64,000 nucleotides of DNA from Phoronis australis. Taxonomy: Eukaryota > Animalia > Phoronida. This document shows, one piece after another, positions 23,439 through 35,200 of this stretch (position 1 is the first letter of the stretch; every line of letters starts with the position of its first letter). The notes beneath the pieces are model-generated. The model had not been told where the DNA came from. It was given only the letters and a program-made list of their open reading frames with translations, and ran no database searches. The stretch covers positions 314,952 to 378,951 of the forward strand of contig NMRA01000054.1 of the NCBI GenBank assembly GCA_002633005.1, given 5' to 3'. Position numbers and translations under genes: made by a program.

Positions 23439-24456
23439 ACAACAAATATTAGCGGAGGGTGTTAGTTTCCGATTAAATTTGTAAAGCCAATGAACTAAGA
23501 TATCTGCAAAGAATAAGCAGAAAAAATATTTACAAAAAAGATGACATACATATAGTAAATAAGGGTTAGAACTAGAGTTACTACTTGTACGTAGAAACAA
23601 AATTTCTAAGACATATACACTGAAACATGGCCTTACAGATATCGCAACAACTGTACTCGCATAGGCCTACATCCTCAAAATGCTGCCAACCTTCAAAGTC
23701 TGCGTCATCTATTTTTACACGTTGTTGTCTTTCAAATAGACTGCTATGATTTCATCAAATTACTACAAGCGATGAAAACACCATATTTCTGATCCTGTTG
23801 TTATGTGGAACTAGGAAGGAGTGTATAGATAGCAGTGGCGGATCTACGTTTTCAGCAAGGGGGGGTTTAGGATTCCCGCCAAGGTCGAATCGTAGGCGCG
23901 TGGCGCCGAGCGGGGGGAGGTTAGGAGGGGGGTTTCCCCTCCCGTGTAAGATATTTTTTTGTTTTTGTAGCCAAATAGTGAAATTTCCATGCATCCTGGT
24001 AAGTTTCTGGCACTTAACATGTCTCTGGAGTTTTTCTTAAGATAATTAAAAACTNACAACAAATATTAGCTGTGGGTGTTAGTTTCCGATTACTAAATTT
24101 GTAAAGCTAAATTAATGAACTAAGATATCTGCAAAGAATAAGCAGAAAAAAATATTTACAAAAAAGATGACATACATATAGTAAATAAGGGTTAGAACTA
24201 GAGTTACTACTTGTACGTAGAAACAAAATTTCCAAGACATATACACTGAAACATGGCCTTACAGATATCGCAACAACTGTACTCGCATAGGCCTACATCC
24301 TAAATGCTGCCAACCTTCAAAGTCTGCGTCATCTATTTTTACACGTTGTTGTCTTTCAAATAGACTGCTTTGATTTCATCAAATTACTACAAGCGATGAA
24401 AACACCATATTTCTGATCCTGTTGTTATGTGGAACTAGGAAGGAGTGTATAGATAG
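23439..24456 (+). repeat. ~395-bp near-identical direct duplication (23439-23832 / 24056-24456) across an assembly N
   Basis: The copies differ by only a few SNPs and indels; N at 24055 immediately precedes copy 2. Confidence 0.9.
23833..24054. mobile_element. MITE fragment (same family as 10963-11196), cut at an assembly N
   Basis: Starts CAGTGGCGGATCTACGTTTTCAG; ends at the N at 24055. Confidence 0.7.
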
Positions 24457-24600
24457 GTCATTCGGCTCAGCTGAGTAAAAGATACTGGCTGAGTGTTCTC
24501 AGTCCGTCCGGGCCGAACGGCTCGTAACAGAACGGTCTGGCCGAGAATGAAGCTTCGAATTTTCCTCGACAGGTGTCCCCAAGTGTACCGGGCATGCGCT

Positions 24601-24723
24601 CTGACCATAGCAACATTGACCGCCATCTTTATTATTTTGAGGTCGCTTGTGAAGAATAGTAAGACAGACAGAACTTATTACAAGGATTTTTACAGTAATG
24701 CAACAATCCAGTAACGGAATATA
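24601..24723 (+). promoter_or_regulatory. Putative DNAH1 promoter / non-coding exon 1 with RFX X-box and YY1-like motif
   Basis: CTGACCATAGCAAC (24601-24614, X-box-like) and CCGCCATCTT (24620-24629) in a locally CpG-rich patch; donor gtaagt at 24724; RFX is the established regulator of ciliary genes. Confidence 0.55.
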
Positions 24724-26073
24724 GTAAGTAATTTAGTGATTGTTATGTGATGACTGTAACTTTTCACTTGCACTGCTGCTCCATGACGTGTAAAGCATTG
24801 TATCATATTTGAATGAAGCCCCTGACATGGCTCTGGTCAGTCTGGTCGGATATAGCGGTTCCAGTGATTTCGAGAACCAGTTTCATCCACGAATTAACGG
24901 GCACGTTATTCAGTGATTGCCTGGTTCTGTAAATCAGGGACTGCTATATTTAATCAGTGTCCCTGACATGGGTACCATAGACCTAGTTTCTCCCGAGAAA
25001 AGCTAGAACTTACAAGACTTTGCGAAATATTACCATGTCTTGTTTTGTCTTGTCTTGTAAATCTCTGTGGTTATTTGATGCAGCACAGTCTCCTGGCGTA
25101 GCGTTGTTGTAAAATCAAAAGGTTGCCTTGCATTAAGTATGTGTATCAGCCACAGAAGGGCCACTGAATATTCATGTTGCACCCTTATTGGCCAGCACAG
25201 GCATATGGGCCAGGACACCCAACATCAGCAGTTGTCTTTTGATGCCAATACCAACATAGGCTGCGTGCGGCAGAAGGCCAGCGCAGCAGTGAGACAGGTC
25301 GAATACTGTCTCACTTCAGTATTGCAATTGATCGCATTTGCTTTTAGTAGTGAGATTCTTGTGTCTACGAAATTATACCCTGGTGCACTGTCGAATATAA
25401 CCCGTAATCTGGGCTGGTGCTCTGTGATTTAGAGAACCAGTGTCATCCATTAGATAATGGGGCCTTTATTCAGTGACCATCTGGTTCTCTAAATCACTAT
25501 ATCCAACTAGTGCCCACTGCCTCACTTGGATGTACATCTATAGTCTCCATTCTGTCTGGTCCACTTTCCCTGTGTGGGCTGGGTTTGTTGTTCTCATGGG
25601 TAGCTATCAGAAAGTTATTGCTGACGATGATGTTTAGGTGAAAACATAATGAAAGCGAGGCAATAAATTCAGATTTACCTGCCAATGAATTTTTGTTAGC
25701 CGTTTTAATGCTCTGAATATTCTTTACATTTACAATAAGTTAAATGTATTCCTGTTACTTGTGTACTTTGCTTGGCTAAATGCTAAAAACACCCGTTGTT
25801 AGCTGTGTTGTTCTTACACTTGTCACTTCTGGTTGGTTGGTAATTTACATGAATTGACAACAAAGCACTGAATCTGGGGGAGGGGTAGTAAATGGTAGTT
25901 TCGTCAGTGGTGTATTTGTCACTGTATTTGTGCCTGATTCATTATTCACAAGAAATTGTTTCCTGTCATATTGTATATTTTACTTTCACAGCCAAAAAAG
26001 TGTATTGGTTGTCTATTAGCTATATTCATCAACTTGATAAAACGTGCATTGTTCTATTTTGAATTAGATCAGC

Positions 26074-26247
26074 ATGTCGACTGGTGCGAGACCAAGTAAA
26101 AGTTCTCAAGGCAGAACCTTCTCTGCTAACAGAACTCGGATAACTACACCTCCTAAATCAGCAGTAACAGGACAGTCATATCCGGAGATAAAGCAAAGAG
26201 GGTATTATTCAGATATACTTACAGAGGCTGCCAACGAAAGGCTAGGG
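26074..26247 (+). CDS. DNAH1: DNAH1 probable first coding exon
   Basis: Acceptor at 26067, agcATGt start, [17 protein letters not shown]|gtaagt; low-conservation N-terminus. Confidence 0.55.
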
Positions 26248-29200
26248 GTAAGTCACAGATTAAGCAATTGTTTTATTTTCAAGTCTGTTGTGATATTTTG
26301 ATATGGAATCCAGTTACTTAGTGATATTTCTGAGTGTTAAAGTAGCATTCCCTAGTCAGTTGTATATCTTATCTTTTTCACCTATCTTTTCTTATTCAGG
26401 GCATGCATCTTCTTAGACTTGAATATGTCTTTAGAATTTGACTACAAAGTTTCTACTTTTTAATACCAAAATTAAATATAGAATAATGATGTTCAATTTT
26501 TGTTATGTTTTGAAGTTCCTTATCTTCATGATTTTGTTCTGTTTAGTTGATTGTTAATTTGTGTTTCTGTTAATTTATTTGTGTTTTAGTTTGGTGATGA
26601 TGGGGTTGATCGGAATGCTAATAAGGTGTGTATACCGTGTCTATTGGGCTTGCTTTTAACTCAATTTCTGCTTAAAATTATGTTGTGCTTAATGGGATGT
26701 TCCAAAAAGGAAACCCATTTTGCACACTCACTGGCTACTGCAGTGACTAAACAATAATTGTACACCATTCTCTGCCATAGAAATGACTTAATTTCTCTTT
26801 TCCATAACTTTCCTAAGTGGTGTTCAAGTTATCCATGGAAAGATATCAATAAAGTCAACATCTGGATTCTGTTTTATTCTCTGAGCTCAGTGAATAAGCA
26901 TGATAGAGCAGGGTTGTGTGTGAATGACTTGGTGATGTTTTAAGATTGTTTAAGCAGTGACTGGAATTTATAGTTATGTGACTGTTTTGTAGAATGTTCT
27001 CAATGGACCTGAGACTAGCCAAGACACTCTGTGGAACATAGCCAAAGATAAACACACTCCCAAAGGTATAGTCTGTGCACATGGTTAAAGCACATGTTTA
27101 ACTCCTGGCGCTTAGATAATTCAATCACAGTTAAAATTGTTCTGTCAATGTCTATTACTGAATGACCGCTGTCTATATGAATAAAATATCAGATTATCTG
27201 TTTATTTCAATGTTGCATTATGCCCTTTGTTGTTTTTCTCTTTAATTAGTGTATATTAAAATGGACCATTTGTACCCTCATTTTGACAGAATTTATGCTG
27301 AACACAAATACTCCAAAAAGTCAAACTTTGAAGGTGCTTACAAACTTAGTGTGAATGATTCTGGTTAATGTCAAAAGTGTTTTATCCCTTTTTTCGAAAA
27401 ATAAATTTCTTTGTAGTTTTTGTGCTGCTCGAGATGTAATTATGGATGTCCTTGAATCAAAAATAACTCGTTGGTTTTTATTTCAGTTTTGGATCCCAAA
27501 AACCACCTTTATTAACAAGGTTCATGTTTTTTTAAAGATTTTTCAACCCATCAGACCAAGGAAAAAGTAAAAGCTATGCGGACACATTTGCAAAATTTTC
27601 TTATAAACTGAGATTTTTTCTCATAGATTGTTATGATATCCGCATGAAAGTTTTTGTCCTAGATGAGAGCATTGGATTTTTGTGTTTTATAAGTCACAAA
27701 GTGAAAATTTTTGTTATGACTTGGGGCAACAGCTCACCTGCCAAAATTAAAGACTTCAACATTTTTGACTGCCGAGTTCTTGGGTTAAAAGACTTTGGTA
27801 GACATTTCCTATGGTGTGCTTATAGGTAATAGAATAAGGAAACCTAAGTTATGAGTTTGCTTCTAAAACGAGCACACCTGTGTAAGTTAAAACAGTTGGT
27901 AATTCATGTGATCTTTTGGAGATCCAAAAATCAGCAATGTAGAATTCAGAAAAGGCATGATTAAGTTGGCCTAATCCAAAAAGGGATGCCTAAGAGCCCT
28001 GGCCTGACTGTAGCACATCTTCCAAAAGCTGGATGCGATAGGTACCTTTGCTTTCCTTTAAAACTGGAACTATTTTTCCTGGCAGATAAAAAGATGAAAA
28101 AGAACAACACTTTTCATTGAATACACTGATTGCCTGTAGTATTAAAATAACAGTCATAATAATTGTGTGCACAGCATGCCTTTTTAACTATAACAGTGTG
28201 GGATCTATATTACCTCCCCATATTTAACTTAAAACATGACAGTTTTGAATTTTCCTCCATTTGCCTACCCATTAGACACAAGCCAGTGTAAGTATGATGA
28301 TAAGGTGTGTGGCTGTAGGTTGTCATAATGCACGCATTCCTTGATTTGGGCAGAACCATAGCTGTTTCATGAAACTTTCCAAAACTTCTGTATGGTGTGA
28401 GGTAATTATTTTTTAGTCAGCCACTATTGTTTTGATCAGCAAGTTATTGTCCACAGCTATGGTTTAATTTTTTATCCCATACGCATTAAATCTGTCGAGG
28501 GAAATACGGCCATGTAATAAAGTTTTCCGTATTCACTTCCCTCTCTACTTCAACAGTGACCTCTGACATGGAAAGTTCAAAAGGTAGGTCAATGTCAACT
28601 CGACGTCTTAAGCTGGTTCGATCATCAAACTTTCCGAGTATAGTTTAAAGTAATACAGTTGCAGCAGTGTAACTAACACTCGACATGCAACCATGCCCTA
28701 AATGGAACAAAACTGTTAATTATGACACTTATGTTTCAGTTTTCAATTGCTGAATACTATATCGTCTGCAACTCAGGCGCCAATTCCTAGGAAATTACAA
28801 TATCAAATGTTGTTTTTTAAACTATTTCCAGGAGATGTTACAAGTTCATTGCACAGTTGCTGTTGTTATCATCTTTGTTGCCTCTTTTCAAGAAATAAAT
28901 CGTTACTTTTAAGACTGTTTCTTTTACAAGAGAAAGCTTGCAACCTAACGTGCAAGTACATACATAAAGGATGTGATCCGCCTTGTGAACAGTCTGGGTG
29001 AAGTATTTAAAAAATCTGCCGAAAAAATGTAAGAAACTTAGGAATTCGAAGCGTATGGGATAAATACAAAACGTACCTCGATTGGCGTACATGAAGTAAT
29101 ATCCCACTTGCCCTTATTCCGCATATCGGTCGATGCACGAAATAATGGGATATTATGAGACATTATTTCGCGTATCGACCTCGACCTTCGGGCTCGGTCG

Positions 29201-32200
29201 ATGCGCGGAATAAGGTCGAGTGGGATATTACTTCATGTACACCACTCTTGGTACGTTTTGTGTATGTATGACATGGCTTTTCAGGTATTTCACGTTTGAT
29301 TTTCCCCTAGTCTATTAAACCCACATTTCCTTTGTTTGCCATAACTTAAGTTGGGATATTATGTTTCAGTTTTGGGTTTGCATGATTCATACATTACGTT
29401 AATCCTCTGTAAAGCCAAAATAGCACAGTCTGTTCTGGTTTCTACCCTGACCCATATTGAGAACTGCGCTTACCTATTAAAAAGTGCCCCCATTCTCATC
29501 AATTGCAGCCTAGATATTTTTTTATAATAGGTGCTCACATGCATGTTAGCAAGGTTTAGAATGCCATGATTTCCCGAGCGATGAGCAAAAAAGCAAGCTT
29601 GCATCAGTTTTGCTTGTCCCAGGTGGATTATATTTTTTCTTCTTTAAAAAAGTGACCAACTAAAAATTACTTCACCATTTACTTGGTCTTCAAAAAACAC
29701 AAAGACCAGAACCAGCTAGTCTATACTTTTGTGGCCTACTTACCGTAATCATTCGGGTTAACGCCCATGCTCAGTTAACCGCCCATCCCCGACTTTAAGT
29801 GGATTTTCGATTTAACCGCCCACTGCTCAGTTAACTGCCCCCCTGCGATTTTTGAAGATTTCCAGTTAAGCGCCCACCTCTCGGTTAAGCGCCCATCCCC
29901 GACTTTTAAAGAATGAAGATTTAGCGCCTAGTGCTAAGGAAACACGCGATTCCCCGACTTTTAGAAAAAGATCGATGATCACAATGAGTGCAACGACGCA
30001 GGGACTCCGAGACGGTGGTTTAGCAATCTGAATTACAATACAGGTAACGAGTTATTGTCTTGGGTCATGAACTCACTTCAAAACATAATACTCGAACCTT
30101 TTTGTCACTTTATTTTCTTCCCTTGTTTGCAAAGTTTAAGAACGCCGCCGTGGTCAAAACCTCCGCTTTCAGCGACTTTATCTGCCGCCTTGAGTTTCCG
30201 TCTGCAGCGCACTAGATAAAACATATATTCGAAAAAATCAGGCCAGAGAAATGTGACAATGGTTTTGCCAACCCTCCAAGTTCTATTAAGGTGGGAAGCT
30301 CTCGTATTTTGAACAAATTTCACAACTCACGGAAAGATGTCAAATTCTCAATATTTTGATGAGTATAACTGCCGGGTTATAGAGGATGTGGGGCGACCGA
30401 AGGGACAGTAGAAGTGCCTTACTGGGTTACCGATTTCATTGCTGGCTGTCGATTTCTGAATTCAAACGTTGGCAATAATGTATGTTTGTGTATGATCCTG
30501 AAGTAATAAAAAATGGCTAGTCAAATTTTGTTTTTCGCTTATCGCATCTCAGTCAAACTGGTTTGCAGATTTAACTAATGTCGCTGGCTGTTCTTTACTA
30601 TTTCTTGCGTCAGCCCCCACGTAAGCGTGACTGTGTGAATTATCGTTTCCACATCCCCTTTTTAGCCATCCAGAATAATTTTGTTTATACATTGGCCATT
30701 TTCAGCCTGAACAAAAATTCTTACCATTCGAGTCTGAAATATCTACGACGTAGACTGCTTGACGATNGAGATAAGACAGCTAGCCGCAGAACCATACGCT
30801 GAAAATGTCATTGAGTCACGGAGTGTCGACTATAACATCCCAAACACAAAAAACAGCAGAGTTAAGTTTTTCAAACTTTTATTACAACCAATTTTAAAAC
30901 TGCTCTCTGACTCAGAACTTGACAGCTACGTATAGCACGAGACTGTAACCATAAATTTGATGTCTGACCTCTGCAACACGTGAAGCTTGCACGCGCGCAC
31001 TTAAGCAGGGTCACATCTTGAAACAGTGGAGGCTGCGTGGTGACTGGTCGTCTGCGCACCGCAGGACGGCACGGGGCTATTACTCAGCAATTTTGTAAAT
31101 TTAATAGTGAATGACTAATCTGAGGGCAAGAGAACCTTTGTTGGGATCATCCGCTGTTATGACGTTTTCACAGTCATTTGGCGACCTGACGATATAAATC
31201 TCTTTGAAAAGGGCTATGCATTCCGATTATGATTGTCGTGTCGGGATTTAGATCGCCAGGTAAGATTAACCGCCGAGGGCGGTTGTCTGTCGTAATAAGC
31301 GCCCATGTTCGGTTAACCGCCCATCCCCTACTTTAAGTGGATTTTCGATTTAACCGCCCACTGCTCAGTTAACCGCCCTCCCCCGATTTTTTGGATTCGC
31401 CAATTTAACCGCCCAGGGCGTTAACCCGAACGATTACGGTATTTGCTTGGTAATCAGTTCTGTATGGAATGTTTGTTGTAATACTTGTTCTAGTATTTAT
31501 TTTTAAACTGACCATTCTCCTTATTATTCCAAGCTTGGAGCATTCTCGAACTAAAATTCCTGTCTAACACCAAACTCATTCCAGCCCATCTTAATGGGTT
31601 GATGAAATGTGCTGGGGGCTGGAGGGAACTAACAACATTAGGCCAAAACATGCTTGGAATGGGACACTGTCCATGGGATTTGTCCTCGGATTCAGCAAGG
31701 CTTAGACAGTTTCCCCTTGCTTTTTCCTCATTTTGGATTTCGTACTGAAACCTTCCTTGGCCTATAGAAATGAAAACATGAAATCTTATTGGTTATAGAA
31801 TTAACATTGTCTATTTCAGCAACCACATTCCAAACCCCAGAAAATATCAGTGAACTGCTGCAGAAGAATACCTATGGCCCATCTACAGCAATCACAGCTG
31901 TGTCCGTAAGTAGTTTTATGTTCATCTCATGATAGAGCTCTCTTATTATAAACTTAAACCTCAAATGCCAAATTGCTGGGAATACCAAATGTTAGGAATT
32001 GCCTTATTCTAAGGGATGCCAAGTTGTCGGGAATGCCATGTTGTAGGGAATGCCGTATTGTAAAGAATGGAATTGTTACCGTGAGTTCGAGGTATTTTAT
32101 GAAAGGGTTGGAACCATGTGCCATTCAATTTGTGCTGCTATCATTTGCTAGTAACATTTACCCAACAGGTAGTTCTTTTCTACTTCAGGATTTCCCCCTT

Positions 32201-35200
32201 CAAGCTTACCAGCCCAAGGTACAATTGCCATACTTCACACCGCCAGGACAGTGTCCACGCAAAATTGAGATTGAGAGGTTTGTCTTCTAACTACTTGACT
32301 TGACCATTGTCTGTAAATACAAGATCTTTCAATTTATTTACGGTAGCATGGGTTAATATTGGTAGTAGACTTGATACATCTAATACCAGCAGATTGTAGT
32401 GTGAACTACAACAGACTTGTGCCACAACTTTACATTCTGTTGCGCGCAATGAAATGATAACTCACAATAGTTTGGAAATGAACTGAATTTGACATTTGTC
32501 ATGCTTTATTCCTCCCGTATTTATTACACAAATTGAATACAGATTATTCATTTTCTCGTATTTTTTCCAACACAAATGAACACTGAGAAATTTCTATTTG
32601 ATTGATAACGTAGTTTTCTCTGAACAGCTGTGATAATACACTTTGAATTTTTTTATCATCTCTAATAAGGCGGTCATCTTTTGATAAAAATTACCAGTTT
32701 GACAATTATTTGTGTATGAAATCACTGAATAATTTTCAAATTTGCTGGTGTGTATGTAGTATGAAATAATGCATCATAGTTAGATAACCCAGTGTTGTCT
32801 GTTTGTAGGCGGTTACGAGAATATGCCCAGCAAGACTTGAAGGAACTTCTAGCTGAGGCCAGCATCGACACAAACCTACTCATGCCCAAGCGCCAACTGC
32901 CTGGTGACCCCATCATTCTGACCCCTGACCCCTCAGCTTCATCGCCCTTCCCACCATATCTGCCTCTTCGTATCTTCGACAATGAAGAGTACGAAGACAG
33001 GAACCCTGACGAGTGGCTGGAACTTGGCGTGGTAAATGGTGTGAGGAAGCCAGTGCCAGGGAAAGCCCTGCTCCCCACCACTGGCGGCCACAATTGTAAG
33101 TGGGCTTGTTTAACAACTCTGTGTGTCAGTCTTGGAATGTTTAGTGATGACGTATTGGCCACTAATGCGACGCGATGTGAACCCACAAATAGATATAGAA
33201 ATGCACAGTCACATCACATTATCAGAAAATTTCGCATGTTGAATTTTTTGTGTCATTCAGGAAATCATGGCGGCAATTTTTAGCACTTGAGATTTTTACA
33301 AAATTAGACGTTTGGATTAATCGGTGTGCTCCGACAACAGTTGCACTCCGTGTAACTATGCTCTTGGGGAGATGAGAAGTTATTACGATTGACCATGTAC
33401 ATGACCAGGTAATAATTTTCCAAGTGCTTAGGAATGTACAGCGATAGGTAAATCTGGCTTAATTATTGCTTTTAATTTTCGCATTTTCATTTTATTTGAC
33501 TTGGGCCATAACTTTAAAATGATGTCATACTTAGCAAGCAAATTGTACGGAATGTCGAAAATAGTGCTAAGGCTATCACATGAAAATATGAAAAAAAAAG
33601 TTTTTTTAACAATGTCACTGTGTAGCGTCTTTGATTCTGTTGAATATGATTCAATACAGGCCTTCCCATTCATGTTGTTATTCCATTATGTTTATGCTAT
33701 ACCCACCGCCTTGTTTTCACCTAATGTTATCTGAAGATGGGTCTAAGTAGAAACAAACTTAATGAAGATAGCTGTGTTATGTATTGATATCTGAATTTTG
33801 CATATTTTTTCAGTCACGTGAATTCAACAAGGTGGGTATACAGATTTATACTTGACTGGTGAAATCATGCAGTGATGATATTCTGTTCCAAAGCAATGAT
33901 TTGCTTACCTCTGTCGTCTTCATTTCAGTGGATCCCACAGATCCCTCGATTGTGTATGACTGGTTCAACGTGGGCATGCTGGACTATGACTTTGAGAAGA
34001 AACTCTATCTGGTGCAGAAACTGGATGCAAACTCTCGTATTATTGACAGTAATGGGAAGCCTGTGGTGAATGGTGGACTACAGGAGGATGGTGGGTAGCT
34101 TTGACGGTTTGTTGTCTAGCCAATATGTCATGCTGCTGGCTCTAATGTTACACCAGTTAATATTATCTGTCTCAAACCTTATAATTTTGTAATTTTTCTG
34201 AAACTTGGATGTGATGTTTTTAATTCATATTTTTTCAGTTTTGTTAATTGTTCAGTTTTCTTGATCAGACATAATATCCACTATGACATATTTCAAATTT
34301 GACACTCGTCTGAGTGTTATCCTGCAAATAATTCAAAGCTTACGAGGCATTGTTTATGATAACTGCTCACTGTTCAAACTATTCTATTATGTTCATATTT
34401 TAAGAAACTGGACAACACGAGCTGTCGTATTCCCTCCATACTGTATGTGATATGAGTGAAGAATTACTGTATGTCTGTTTTTGTTATTTGCAGGCACACG
34501 CCTCTCTCTGCCCACCCAATACTGGATCCCACGCGTACGGCTCATGTTTTTGGCTGAGGACCCCCAGAAGTTCACTCGGCGCGTCTCCGAGGCATACCAT
34601 GCCCGCCAACAGACAGAGGCGCACCTACGCTACCACTTGTATGTGGATTGCATGCCCATGGATGGGGTAGGGGAGTTGGATCTTGCCTCTCTTAAGAGAA
34701 TGATAGAGTGGGCCAAGGGAGCACCGAGTCTGGCAAAAGATAAAAGGTATCATGTATCATTTGCTTTTAAAGTGTCATTTCCTTTTGGCTTAGTCACGGG
34801 TGAAAACGCAAATCATGAACGAGGTCACTTAACCACATGAAATATATCGCAAACCTGTTCGTAGTGATAGGAAATGATTTCCATTCTCAAACGCATGGTC
34901 ATGAGCATTGGCTTGTAGGGAAGAGTGCCAAAAAACTATCAGCTTTGACAGGGATGATGGTAGACATCAATTTCTGTAATAATTCTCTTACATTACATCA
35001 TACATAAAGAGCCTAGTGTACACGGTTGATTTTAGTAACAATTGGATGAAAATTGCAGTTTCCATTGTATGATATATAACTATGATCCAATCCCAAGGGT
35101 GATATGAGATCAGAAAATGGACCGAGGGAAAGCTTCTAAATACTACTCACCCTCGGTCCATATGACCTGATATGATCAAGGGATCGATGTATAATAATTT

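Noticed and set aside
23070-23600. 176-aa minus-strand ORF
   Set aside because: It runs through a simple repeat (HSTQS units) and AT-rich DNA; no domain is recognisable.
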